Assembly (NCBI RefSeq): GCF_006345805.1
Contig: NC_043022.1
Location: forward strand, 21,700,001-21,764,000
From: Octopus sinensis
Taxonomy: Eukaryota
Direction: 5' to 3'
Length of the DNA stretch: 64,000 nt
Shown: one piece after another, positions 1 through 12,609 of the stretch
How positions within the stretch are numbered: position 1 is the first letter of the stretch
Layout: the number at the start of each line of letters is the position of its first letter
The notes under the pieces: model-generated
The model's database searches: none
Told to the model about the DNA's origin: nothing
What the model saw: the letters and a program-made list of their open reading frames with translations, nothing else
Translations under genes and position numbers: made by a program

Positions 1-400
1 AACTGAAAAAGTTGATGAGGGCCCAACTAAAGGGGAAAGTATCTGTCTTCAGCCCTTTCAATCTCATCCACTACGCAATCTCTTTCAACAAAGACACCAG
101 GTAAATGAATACTGCCTGTCCTTCCCAGCCAAAAGAAAGCAGCTGGATGGTCTCCACAATGAACTCAGCTGACAGTCAGATCTGCCTCACACCTAATAGC
201 AGGTGTCCAACATAACTTCACAACTCAGCAGTGCTTGGACACCAGAAGGATATATGCAAAATGGTTTCATTGCTCTGTAAGCCTCTCAAACAGGCCTAGC
301 TGGCAGCACTTACATGCCTGCAGAGTTCATCTCAAACCAGCAACGTCCCAATAATGTGAAGTTCTTAGAGTCAGGAAGCAACGATAGAAACAGAAAAATT
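1..400 (-). mobile_element. L1/Tx1-like LINE ORF2 C-terminal fossil
   Basis: Manual translation gives ACLRGLQSNETILHISFWCP (degenerate Cys motif) and QAVFIYLVSLLKEIA*WMRLKGLKTDTFPFSWALINFF, with stops; resembles Tx1-clade C-termini from memory. Confidence 0.6.
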
Positions 401-559
401 TTATGAAAAGTTTTGTTTTGTTTTTCTTAACCAAAGTATTGTAGTGTGTCACGATCAGAAATAATTTGAGTGGCTAAAGAAGGAGTGTTAAAGAAAGAAG
501 CAGAGGGTTTAATTGTAGCTGGGCAGGATCAAGCAATCAGAACATGATAGATCTCAAAC

Positions 560-1050
560 ATAAATAAGGAAGACACCTCTCCTGAATGTAGAATAAATGT
601 GAAAGAACAGAGACAGTTGTGCATATAGTTTCTGAATGTAAACTGACAAACTCACCAAGCTTGCTTTGTGAGAAGGAGAATGTATGGACAATCTGCAGGA
701 AGAGAAAGTAGACCTGTCAGAAGGGTGGACAGACTCATGTGTATCGATGACCATCCAACAGAGTGTATGTGAGGGTAGGTGTAGACTCTGAACTTTGGTT
801 GGCAACAAACCTGGAGATGGTGTCACAATAAAGATACTGGTTATTGCACAGCTTTATAAATGCTACCTCAAAACGAGTGAAAATGTCACTCATAATCATA
901 ATAACTGTGTTAACAGAACCAGAATTGTTAATGATGAAGGCGTCACGCACAGCAGGCAAGGAGAGAGCCTGATCAAGCTCCAGCAGGTTATCATCAAGCC
1001 ACTGATCAGGATCAAGATCAAAGTTGAAAGAGCAGTGGAAGAAAAATGAA
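560..1050 (-). mobile_element. Possible degenerate LTR-retrotransposon integrase core
   Basis: ORF 735..1178 contains IMIMSDIFTRFEVAF and FVANQSSESTPTLTYTLLDGHRYT, weakly resembling Gypsy integrase LTIIDRFTRWPEA and WISRFGxPxxITTDRGRQF. Confidence 0.25.
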
Positions 1051-1339
1051 ATGAGAAAAAAGAAGTGAACAAGATTGTGGTTGAATGTTGACTGAGAAAT
1101 GAACTGAATAAAAGAGGCTTCATGAAACAAATGAAGAGAATACAGAATGAAAAGGGAGTCTTTGAAGTCTCTGCCCATTGATTGATAAACTAGGCAAAGG
1201 CAATTTAAATAAATGATTAGATTACAAAATTAGAGAATGAAGAAATTCTTCAGAGAAGAATAGAAAATGAAAAGAAGAAATGTGAAACAACAAAGTTAGA
1301 AAGTGGTAATAAAGGGGTAACAAATCTTTTTATCTTTTA

Positions 1340-1545
1340 TCTTGTACTTGTTTCATTCATTTAATTGTGGCCATGCTGGAGCACCACCTAGAAGGATTTT
1401 AGTCAAATAAATGAAACCTAATACTTTTTTTTTAAAAAGCTTAGTACTTATTCTTTTCTGAACTGCTAAGTTACGGGGATGTAAACCTACCAACACCAGT
1501 TGTCAAGCAGTGATGGCGGGGAAACACAGATACAAAGACACACAC
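1340..1545 (-). mobile_element. SINE family A, 3' part
   Basis: Matches the 3' half of the family A copies elsewhere in the window. Confidence 0.75.
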
Positions 1546-1584
1546 ATAGATATACACATAATGTGACCGCATGTATACCGTTGT

Positions 1585-1790
1585 CGATTTTTTTTTTTTC
1601 CTCCGTCTTCCCTTCTCTGGATCTTTCCTTTTCCTATGTTTCTGACAAAGAGCTCCGCTCAAAACGTTAAACCCTCCTTCTTCCCTTTCTTCCTGAGCGT
1701 CCAATAATACTATATTTGTTCTACGTCTTCGCGTTGTTGTGTTTTCTCTTTGTGTTTTCATGTTTGGATTAACTATATATATATCATATA
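1585..1790 (+). mobile_element. PLE-terminal-repeat-like element with decayed minimal hammerhead
   Basis: Same sequence as 18870-19040 in reverse complement, ending in (TA)n; hammerhead-like core at 1638-1672. Confidence 0.65.
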
Positions 1791-1864
1791 TACAAAGGGC
1801 TTCTACCAAATCCACTCACAAGACTTTAGTCAGCCCAAGACTATAGTCGAAGATTATGTGGTTG

Positions 1865-2280
1865 GGAAGCAATGAAGAAAATGAAAAAGAAGGAAATCGT
1901 TATGTGCCTGAGAATGCTGATGAAGCAAACAGTGAAGATAATTTATCTGGACAAGTGACAATAAATGTTTAACAAGATTTGATCAATGAGAAGAAGGAGA
2001 TTCTTAAAAAGTTGAGGTAAAATGTTTAGTGTGAACAATGAAATGCCACCCACTATAAGGTTTATGGGCAGAGGAGATGTAAGAAGAGCCAAAGGCAAAG
2101 TGAAAGTTGTTTGAACCAAACCAGCTAATCATAGCCACTGCTAATGTTGTAGCTGACATCATAACATACAAGCAGAAAACCCGATGAAGAAATGAAGGGG
2201 AAGGAAAACAAAGAACTGAACAGGAAGAAGAGAATACAAATGAAGTTGGAAAAGAGACAAAATTCTGCTTTAAGTACCAG
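1865..2280 (+). mobile_element. Degenerate non-LTR retrotransposon fragment (R4/Dong-like?)
   Basis: Translates to NQLIIATANVVADI-like peptide with stops; family assignment is tentative. Confidence 0.3.
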
Positions 2281-3637
2281 ATATAACCCCTCATAACTTT
2301 TTTTATTTTTGTAATTTTCGGACAATTTTGGCAAATTTGCATTCTACATACAGGAATTTGTAAGATTATGCAAAAACCAAGAAGAAAAAAAGGGTTTTTT
2401 CTGTGTGATTTAAGGGCTATTTAGCTGTCATTTTTAACATATCTCACAACCACCTCATACCCTCCTCGTTTCTTTATCACTCTGACGTATTGATGTTTTT
2501 CAATATCTTTCTACCAATAAACACATTTAATAGACTATTGCTGGGATTTAAGTAAAAAAAATCAGACCATCCATATTCTAAATTCTGATTTTCAAAAAAA
2601 TTCAGAAAATTCAAAAACTAAGATTTTTTTTAAATTTAAAAACTTTTTTTTAATTCTTTTTCATAATCATATGAATTCCCATGTGTAGAATAAAAATTCA
2701 CAAAAATTTTCTGAAACTTCCAAAAATTAAAAAAGGTTCAGTATCAGACAAACTTTAGAATTTGTTTTTGTATATTTGCTTTAAATATAGATCTGACCCA
2801 ATAGACTTATACATTGATTAAAATAACAGTTATTATAAATATATATTTGTATATAATAATTTTTATTTAGAATTGGTTGAGTATCAGTAAGAAGTACACA
2901 AAGTTGATTTTTAGTGTTTTTCGACAATTTTCACAAAATTTATATTTTGGAAAATCTATCATGTACTTTTTTAAAAAGGCATTTAATTATATATTTGTCA
3001 TGTTTTGGGAATAGCTGTCTTACATAAATCAGTATTTCTTGGATTTTTTTTACAGCATTTCTCCACATTTCATAAGCATCCCTCATTTCAAAATACTCAC
3101 AAGTGGACTTTCTTAAAATAAAGATAGTAGATATATTGTGCAACATACTTAAAACAATTAAATTTCGCTCACAGTTAGATGAGTCCTCTTTGCTTCATCA
3201 AAGATTAGCAATTGGTTCAAGAGCTATTATTTATGAGACAGCTAAAAACAAATACAAAAAAGTCAGATTTCTTTGTGGAATGTATTGCTTATTTATTCAT
3301 ACTGTTTGAATTTATCACATATTATTTTGTAACTTTAAAATTCAAATGGTGTAGCTATATATTTTTAAAATGAGATTGTAGGGTAGATGTGAGAGGTTTT
3401 AACATCCAGTCAGTTTTAACATAAAACAGGTGGAATATTTGGGCCGGATATGACCGGATTAAATGCTAAAGGGATAAGTGTTTCATTTTTGAGAAGTCGA
3501 ATAAATGATACAAAGGAAAATTAGATATAACTAATCAGAAAATTACACAAACTGGAAATCAATTGTGTAAGTATTATTTAGCAACTAGCAGAAAACTACC
3601 TGGAGGGTGGTCCTTCTACTAATTAATAATTAAAATT

Positions 3638-3679
<42 letters not shown>

Positions 3680-3689
3680 CCTTTCTATT

Positions 3690-3892
3690 AGAGGTAATAA
3701 GCTTGAAATTTGTGGGGAAGGGCTAAGTCTGTTACATCGACCCCAGTGCTCAACTGGTACTTATTCTATCAACCCCAAAAGGATGAGAGGTGAAGTCAAC
3801 ATTGGCGGGATTTGAGCTCAGAACACGAGGACAGGCAAAATGCCACTAAGTATTTTGTCCAGTGTGCTAACATCTCTGTCAGCTCGCCACCT
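3690..3892 (-). mobile_element. SINE family B (variant)
   Basis: Contains atcgaccccagtgctcaactggtactta...aaaggatga...gaactcagaac; flanked by (AAT)n and (GAT)n. Confidence 0.8.
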
Positions 3893-3944
3893 TGATGATG
3901 ATGATGATGAAGAAGAGGAGGAGGGGGAGGGGAGGGGGAGGAGG

Positions 3945-4160
3945 AGGGAGGGTTTCAAATTTTGACACAAGGCCAGCAATTTCAGGGATAAATCAATTAT
4001 ATCAACCCCAGTACTCAACTGGTACTTATTTCATCGAACCCAAAAGGACGAAAGGCAAAGCTGACTCGGCAACATTCGAACACAGAATGTAAAGTTGAGA
4101 GAAATGCCATTAAGCCTTTTTTCCGACACAGTAACGATTCTGCCAGCTCACTGCCTTCAA
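3945..4160 (-). mobile_element. SINE family B (variant)
   Basis: Same core as the adjacent copy. Confidence 0.8.
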
Positions 4161-4479
4161 TAATAATAATAATAATATCTTTATTTGGCACGTGGGCAAT
4201 GAATGGGAAGACTTTACATAATAACTAAGTCACAAAACTGTGAGGCATTTTACAACTAGTGTGAAAAAAAACAATTATACATAATTATGACATTGCCACC
4301 AAGCAACCAACAGACAAGCCATCCAGACAGCCTATAAACTACTATAGAACTACTATTTATAACACAAAGATATAGAGAGTGAGATGATGATGAGGATGAT
4401 GATGACCAGTAATCTCCAACACTTCATAATGTGGAAACAGTTGCTTGCTTACACGCTGTTCTTTTGTGTATTTCACAGA

Positions 4480-4865
4480 CTTACTGCTGCTACTGCTGGT
4501 CTAACTTCTACTGCTTATACTACCAATGCTGCTATTAACACTGTAACTACTACTGCTGCTGCTAGTATTACTACCACTGCAACAACTAGTAGTGTATCTG
4601 CTATTACAATTGCTGCTGTTATCACTGCATTTAGTAGTACCTGATGTTACAACTAATACTAAATAGTAACTACTACTACTACCACTCACACTCATACTAT
4701 TACTGATACAACCACCACTGTTACTACCACTTCAACTACCAGCACCACCACCACTGCTACTACAATCACCACCATTACAATTACCATTCCTGTGACTACA
4801 ATTGCAAGAACCAGTACCACTTCTACAACTATTACTATTAACACTACAACTATAAATAATACCAT

Positions 4866-4898
<33 letters not shown>

Positions 4899-4947
4899 GT
4901 ACCACTACTACAACTACTAGTACCACTACTACAACTACTACTACAAA

Positions 4948-4995
<48 letters not shown>

Positions 4996-5010
4996 AATTA
5001 CCACAACAAC
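4480..5010. repeat. Cryptic and pure (ACT/CTA)n trinucleotide tract
   Basis: Directly visible; pure CTA run at about 4866-4995. Confidence 0.95.
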
Positions 5011-5649
5011 TGTAATGAAAATAATTTAGTAAAACAATGCAATTCCAACCAAGCAAGTACAAGATAGAAAGAAAAAAGAATAGACTAAAACAAGACATGA
5101 AACAATTGGTTAAAACATAACATCCACACAGACCAGTGATGATAATGTTTGTGGTTGTTGTTGTTGTTACTATGTCAGCAATCAATAAGGAATATAATAT
5201 ATGGAAAACTATGACAAAGGTCAATTGATAAATAAATAATCATGAGGGGAAATAGTGGACACTTGGCAGCCTCTACATGGTTGAATTGACAGACTGGAAA
5301 CAGCAGCCAAGCTACAACTTACCATCATAGATCAGAGAGGACATATTGAAGAGTGTAGTCCTGGATACACTTCCCGGAAATAAGATGAGATGATAATCGT
5401 TGGAATGCTTTGATATGCTTAGTCAAAGCTGATCTGGGACTAAATACTGATGACGACCTCTTCACGAATCTACAAGGAAGCCTGTTATGATGGCAAGAAA
5501 AACAAAACCCTGCTAATCTAAAAGAAGAGTGTAGAAAAATCGGAGGGGTTTAGAATGCCGTTGATCATGGCCCTGCTCAATCAAGGTGGATTGGGGCTAA
5601 ACAGCTATAATAACCTCTACATACTGCAGTAGAAACAAGCTATCATCAC

Positions 5650-6490
5650 AACCACAAACACTAATATAGACTTCTTAGAAATCACACAAAACTTAGCTAC
5701 CAATCTTTATAAACTATATCAGAAACCAAATGAGAGGTTAACTTATATAAACACTTCTTGTCATTCACTTAGATTTCAAATATCTAGTCAAGAACCACAG
5801 TAGAATATCCAGCCTATCGTCAAATAAAAACATATTTGATAATGCAACACTATAAAAACACAGATTCAAAGAAAAGCTCACATAATACCAGAGAAGAACA
5901 AATCAAAAACAGGCACTGCAATTTATGGTTTACACCCCAACTCTCACTGACTTTTAAGTTACATACAGAAAAATTATTTTAGCATTAACAGATAAACATT
6001 TCCTCAGCAATATATAAATAAAGAAATTCTTCAACAGACAAAGCCTCAAACCTAGTTACAGCCCAACCACAAACATGAAAAATCTTACAACCACACTCAA
6101 AGCCCCACTACAAAGATAAAATAACCTGACCACAAAATATGTCCTGCAATGCACAGCAAGTAGAAATATATGAAACTAAACTCACATCTACCAGGCTTAA
6201 CAGGAAAGAAGATATTTTGGTAGGATGGAAAGCAAGTTCAAACAATATTATGAGCAAACTGCTTCATTCAAACATACTGAAAAGTAAAGCATGATAAAAT
6301 TGTCAGGTTACATCTGGCGCTCTCTTCAGTATAAAATGGTGAATACTAGAAAGATGAAGACCATAATAAAGATAAATGATGTAACATCAGCAATGAAGAA
6401 AAGGGTCTCATCCACTGGAGAATACAAAAATCTAAGAACTACTTAAACAAGAGATCTGAAATTATCAAGAGATACAAACACTTCACAAAA
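5650..6490 (+). mobile_element. Penelope-like element fossil (RT C-terminus plus GIY-YIG endonuclease)
   Basis: KNRHCNLWFTPQLS (cf. RKRNIIWFNPPFS), ALTDKHF..KKFFNRQSLKPSYS (cf. LIDKHF..KIFNRNTIKLSYS), ESKFKQYYEQTASFKH and NYLNKRSEIIKRYKH (cf. LLNKRSELISKCRH); frameshifted. Confidence 0.75.
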
Positions 6491-7999
6491 CACCTGTTAT
6501 GCCAGTAGAGCTTAGATTTAACTACACTAATGCCTCCAGATCAGGAACATGCCATATCACAACAGCCACAGACCTACAAGTACATCTCACACTTTGAAAC
6601 TTCCTATCAGGTGACTGCCTTTTTTCTTTCTCCCCACTATTACAATATTTCACTCCTGGTTCATTCATCTTCCCACAAGTCTATTTGCCCTCACCCCATC
6701 TCACATCCGTTTTATACATTAAGATATGTACATGTACACATACATCTGTGTGTTATATGAACCTGCTTGTCAATGTGTGTGGAGGAAGGTGGGGAAAACG
6801 TGTGCACATTTTATACATATATAGGTGTATATGTATATGTATATAGATGTGTGTGTGTGTGTGTGTGTGTGTGTGGTAAGGGAATAGGAATATATAATCC
6901 AGGTATTTATCTCATGAAGCACTTCTACAGATAGCTATCTGAAAACTGAAAAGTGGGATCTCTTAAGATGCCACTGCACCAATAATCTGAAAATCTGAAA
7001 GCATCAGTAAAGTATTTCTCTTTTATCTGTTTCTATCATTAAGACCGTGCATTGCTGAGGCATTGAAGAATGGAGTTAGCAAATTGTTTATTGCTTAGTT
7101 TAAAAGTGTTTCGTTGATTTTCCACTATAAATGATCTTGCGTCATATTGTTACCATGTTGACAGTTACTAATTTACTTCCAAGCACTCTGCAATTTTTCT
7201 TTCACAAGACATGACAGAATCAACTCCCCAGAGTGCCACAAAAAACAATATGCTGATTGATTTTGCAATTTTGCCAACTATATTCATTCAAGCGAAATAT
7301 AGGAAGAAAGAGAGTAAACTAGATGAAGGAGGAACAGCAAGAATTTGACAAGAAAATTAGCCCCATATTATTCTGACAATTAGTTTCATCCAGCTGCATC
7401 AATTAGTTTGTATCCAGCCGTGCCATAAGTGATTAGGTGACTGGGTTTGACAATCTAGCATTTTGAGGCAGTCAGATACTTTAAGTCACCCTAATAGCAG
7501 ATTAGGTGTCTAAACCTCAAAGTGCAAGTTTTTTTCTTATTGAATCTAACTTAGATAAATTCATCCAATAGAACAATTAATCATATTTATTTACACGCAC
7601 ATAAGATCTCATTTCTAATATAAGCCATGGTCTCATGGGTAAGGATGAACTATAACACACATATGGGCCCCTGCATGCAGCTTTTCTGTAAAAGTTCGTG
7701 GGGATGAGATCCACAAGATACATGGTAAATGAAGCAAAGCAGGAAACAGAAGGATCAGTACCATACAATTCTGAATTGTCTTTACGGAGAATAACCATCC
7801 AGACTCTTTCACTAAACACCAGAACATTACCAGACACCTAACAAAACCCACACATTCAGAGACAACATGTTTTTCAAAACAGCCCCAATTTTACAGCTGT
7901 ACTCAAGAAGATCAGTCCTTCACACCAGAAGTGTTAAGGTTGCATCTCTTGATGAAGAGGATTGCCAGTGCCACATAATAAGCACTTGTGTCATTATCA

Positions 8000-8215
8000 C
8001 ATAAATGCACTCATGCCAGTGGCACATTAAAAGCACTCAGCATATACTGAAAGTGGTTGGACTTAGGAAGTGCATCCAGCTGTAGGAACCAAGCCAAATC
8101 AGACTGGAACCTGGTGCAGCCTCCCAGTTTCCTAGCTTTGGTCAAACCGTCAAATCCATACCAGCATGGAAAAGGGACATTAAAGGATGATGATGATGAT
8201 GATGGTGGTGATGAT
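8000..8215 (+). mobile_element. RTE-LINE 3' end (family D) with (GAT)n tail
   Basis: gtggcacattaaaagcac...aggaagtgcatccagctgta...ccagcatggaaa followed by a GAT/GAC repeat to 8280. Confidence 0.75.
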
Positions 8216-8339
8216 GGTGATGTTAATGTTGACGATGACGATGACGATGATGATGATGATGATGATGGTGATGATGATAACTGCTGCAATCTGCCAAGCA
8301 ATTCATAGGGAGGGATTGAATGTACAACTACCACACTCC

Positions 8340-8700
8340 GGATCCTCCGTGAGGTCGGTTTGAACTAAAAACAGGCCAACACAAAACAACACCATTGCCA
8401 AACTGCCTGATCAACAATGAAAATATATGTCAACAATCCTACATGGTGTGCAAAATCACATGTAGCAAATGCAATGAATCCTACATTAGAAATACCATCA
8501 TACGCGCTCTCATAAAGGTTAAAGAACATTTTTATGCTAATGTGTCTTCTGTGAAAAACAACCTGCAGAAATACCACATCCAAGACATCTGGGTCTCTAT
8601 TGAAGCCTCTGAACAAAATATTAGGAACTTAGAATAAAAAGAAGCCACCTTAATTAGCAAGACTAACCCATATATTAACAACAGAACTAAGCTATATACA
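8340..8700 (+). mobile_element. Penelope-like GIY-YIG endonuclease fragment
   Basis: ORF 8395..8637 reads ICQQSYMVCKITCSKCNESYIRNTIIRALIKVKEH, resembling CxxxNVVYKITCxxCNESYIGETxRxLxxRxKEH. Confidence 0.7.
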
Positions 8701-8754
8701 AGTTGATCAACTACTATAGCAATACTATCCAACTCATGCAATGCAACCCTTTAA

Positions 8755-8975
8755 CCCTTTAGCATTTAAACCGTCCATATCCGGCCAAAAGTATTTTGCC
8801 TGTTTTATGTTCAAACTGGCCAGATCTGGTCTCTCACACCAACCCTACAATATCGTTTTAAAAATTAACAGCTACCTCATCAAAATCTCGTAGCTACAAG
8901 ATAATGCATGATTAATTCAAAACAGTGTGGATGAAAAAGGATTAATTTTGGTAGAATAATGTGAACACTAAAGGG
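8755..8975. mobile_element. piggyBac-like MITE, family 1
   Basis: TTAA on both sides; termini CCCTTTAG and CTAAAGGG; 221 bp; near-identical to 20386-20606. Confidence 0.85.
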
Positions 8976-9210
8976 TTAAATACACACACACTTCAGAAAA
9001 AAGAAGTTAGCTCACAACACTATATTTCCAGATATTTCCTGAAATACTGAAATACAAAGTAAAAGTACAAAGCAACAGCTTTTGTTATTTCTAATGCATT
9101 GTTTTTGCTTCAAAAAAAATTTAAAACATTTATTTATATCTGATAATGTTTCATACAAACTATACTACACTGATATTATATAATTTATAAATGTTATATG
9201 AACAATAACA

Positions 9211-9580
9211 GGTGCAGAAGTGGCTGTGTGGTAAGTAGCTTGCTAACCAACCACATGGTTCCGGGTTCAGTCCCACTGCGTGACATCTTGGGCAAGTGTC
9301 TTCTGCTGTAGCCCTGAGCCGACCAATGCCTTGTGAGTGGATTTGGTAGACGGAAACTGAAAGAAGCCCGTTGTATATATATGTATATATATATATATAT
9401 ATGTATGTGTTTGCGTGTCTGTCTTTGTCCCCCTAGCATTGCTTGATAACCGATGCTGGTGTGTTTATGTCTCCGTCACTTAGCAGTTCGGCAAAAAGAG
9501 ACTGATAGAATAAGTACTGGGCTTACAAAGAATAAGTCCCGGGGTCAAATGACTGAAACAAGTAAAAGAGTAAAAGAGTA
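9211..9580 (+). mobile_element. tRNA-derived SINE family A
   Basis: A-box-like TGGCTGTGTGG, B-box-like GGTTCAGTCCC, central (TA/TG)n and gtaaaaga tail repeats; more than 12 copies in the window. Confidence 0.9.
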
Positions 9581-9911
9581 TATGTGTCTATGTGTGTGTC
9601 TATACATGTATTTCATAAATTAAATAAAATTTACAATAAAAATATCAACTGGCACGCTGTCACTTATGACAATTAAGGTCCCAGTTCCCAGTTGATCTGG
9701 TCATCAGGTAGAATATGATAATCGTATACAACCCAATGGAGCATCCACACACAGCTAATCATGAAAAATATTCAGCTGTATAATAACTATAAAGAACGAT
9801 CTTCTATATTGGTATAAGAATATAATCTCAGCAACTTAAAGCTGGTGCGTGATGCAGAAACAAATGCTGAGATCTATTATTAAAGCCTGATATCCCACCG
9901 CCTCGTGTTAT

Positions 9912-9953
<42 letters not shown>

Positions 9954-10194
9954 GATGGTTGCCAACTCAATTTCAAGTAGAGCCATTGCCCGATGATGGG
10001 GGACCAACAGACACACACAAATAAACTCATACATATATACATATATGGGCTTCTTTCAGTTTCCATCCACCAAATCCAATCACAACATTTATTGGGAGTT
10101 ACATGTATTATTCAAAACAGTTTGATTCAGATTCCATGCTACTTCAAGTTTCAAAGGCCCTATTGGATCCTTTCTCATCAGGCTGGTAATAATA

Positions 10195-10612
10195 TATATT
10201 CTTTTATTCTTTTACTTGTTTCAGTCGTTTGACTGCAGCCATGCTGGAACACCACCTTTTGTCAAACAAATCAACCCCAGGACTTATTCTTTGTAAACCT
10301 AGTACTTATTCAATCAGTCTCTTGTGCCGAACTGCTAAATTACAGGGACGTAAACACACCAATAACGGTTGTCAAGCAATGATGAGAGGGACAAACACAG
10401 GTACACATACAAACATATACATGTGTATATATATGTATACATATATATATATATGATGGGCCTCTTTCAGTTTCCATCTACCAAATCCACTCACAAGGCT
10501 TTGGTTGGCCTGAGGCTATAGTAGAAGACACTTGCACAAGGCACCACGCAGTGGAACTGAACCCAGAACCATGTGGTTGGTAAGCAAGCTACATGCCACA
10601 CAGCCACTCCTG
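10195..10612 (-). mobile_element. SINE family A
   Basis: Full-length reverse-complement copy. Confidence 0.9.
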
Positions 10613-11129
10613 CATCTGTATATATATATTGATTCCTCATGGGTCAAACACTTTCATTATCTTCATATCCTTAATTGCTCTATCTACCAAGATATTCTCT
10701 ATTCAGATAGCTGGTCCCTCAGTCCACATTAGGCAGACTCTCCTTCTCCCATGGATTCTTTACATTTAGCAGTCTTTCATAGTGGCACTTGCAAGTCTCT
10801 TTCTTTGCAGAATCACTAACTGCAGTGTGGTGCTGAATTTCCTGCACATATGAAAAGATGGAAAGGACACAGCTGGAATGCCTTTTATAGATTTCCTTGA
10901 TCAGGACCGACCTACGGCAGAAACTTTAAATGTGAAAAATCAAATTTGTACAGATTTGAAACATGAGTACAGCATAGGAAAACTACTTTTTCTTATGCAC
11001 CAACAAGGGAGATCAAGCCAAGGAACAAATATATATGCAGTTATTCAAACTGATAGAAATGGTAACCAAATCTACTTCAAATCACAACATACCATTTTAA
11101 AAGAAAAGCAAGTACATTAGATAATTAAC

Positions 11130-11548
11130 TCTTTACTCTTTACTCTTTTACTTGTTTCAGTCATTTGACTGCGGCCATGCTGGAGCACCGCCTTTTTTTT
11201 TAATCGAGCAACTCGACCCCGGGACTTGTTCTTTGTAAGCCCAGTACTTATTCTATCGGTCTCTTTTGCTGAACCGCTAAGTGACGGGGACATAAACACA
11301 CCAGCATCGGTTGTCAAGCAATGCTAGGGGGACAAACACAGACACACAAACATACACGCACACACATGTATATATATACATATATACGATGGGCTTCTTT
11401 CAGTTTCCGTCTACCAAATCCACTCAGAAGGCTTTGGTCGGCCCGAGGCTATAGTAGAAGACACTTGCCCAAGGTGCCATGCAGTGGGACTGAACCCGGA
11501 ACCATGTGGTTGGTAAACAAGCTACTTACCACACAGCCACTCCTGTGC
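11130..11548 (-). mobile_element. SINE family A
   Basis: Full-length reverse-complement copy. Confidence 0.9.
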
Positions 11549-12079
11549 CTATCTGATATATAAAGAAGACAGGGTAGTCAGGATTGAAAAACTTTTTATC
11601 ATATGCCTGTCTGGTCAAGGTTAGCCTGGGATTAAACAACAACCACAATAATTGTCCCTTGTTTATTTAATAATGTTCTTAACTTAAATCTGATCAAAAT
11701 TTATCTAGGTTAATAGAAACAAGTTATGACTGCCTTGGCTATACAAATAAATAACTTCTTTGGAAACATTAATTCAACATGAAAGAGGATCTGTTGCCAC
11801 TAGATATTTTCAAATCATGTCAAATCAGGCCCAAAATTAGCAGAATGTATGTATAAGAAGGAAATAATGACTTTTCTTTAATGTTAAAATGCAATATTCT
11901 CATAAATTCCACTATCTTTGTAGTACGGCACTTGTATATCTCATGAGATTGAAACTAGATACACATAAAATACTTAGTGATATGAAACTATATAAAGTGT
12001 ACAGTGCTTCACAATATGAAATTATATAGACAGACATTGTGAAATATTTCATATAAAACTAGAGTAAAGTAGTAAAGTT

Positions 12080-12325
12080 CCTTCCCGAGTCATACAGACT
12101 CATAGGGCCAGCTTCCTGGTTTCCATGGCGTATATATTCCCCACCTGGATCAGATGCCAGTCCATCGCAGGATTACTCATTTTTGCCAGGTGAGTAAACT
12201 AGAGCAACAAGAAATGAAGTGTGTTGCTCAAGAACACGAGGTGTCACCCAGTTCAGGAATTGAAACAACAATCTTACGATCATGAGTCAGTCCTACACCC
12301 AAAACCATTAACCCATGCACTTCCA
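12080..12325 (-). mobile_element. tRNA-derived SINE family E
   Basis: Reverse complement has a tRNA-like head and the gtgttcttgagcaacacacttcatttc central domain shared with 16516 and 32290. Confidence 0.65.
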
Positions 12326-12609
12326 CATAAAACTATATACACATTGTAAAAATAGCTCTTAATATGAAACTATATATATATATATTGTAAAAACTATTTC
12401 TTGATATGAAACTATAAACATTGTAAGGTATCTGAGGATATAAATCTACATGAAGAGTGTAAAATATTCTAGTGTATGAAACTATATAGATATTGTAAAA
12501 TATCTCTTGATACCAAACAATAGAGAATGCAAAATATTTCATATTAACTATAAAAATAGAAAAATATCAAATATGAATCAATAGATATTATATTATATAT
12601 ATATAGTTG

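Noticed and set aside
4384-5030. Thr-rich, mucin-like ORF
   Set aside because: The frame shifts into poly-Tyr and stops, there are no splice signals, and the sequence is a cryptic trinucleotide repeat.
7165-7350. Branch point TACTAAT plus acceptor followed by a short open frame
   Set aside because: No convincing donor and no recognisable protein; such signals are common in AT-rich DNA.
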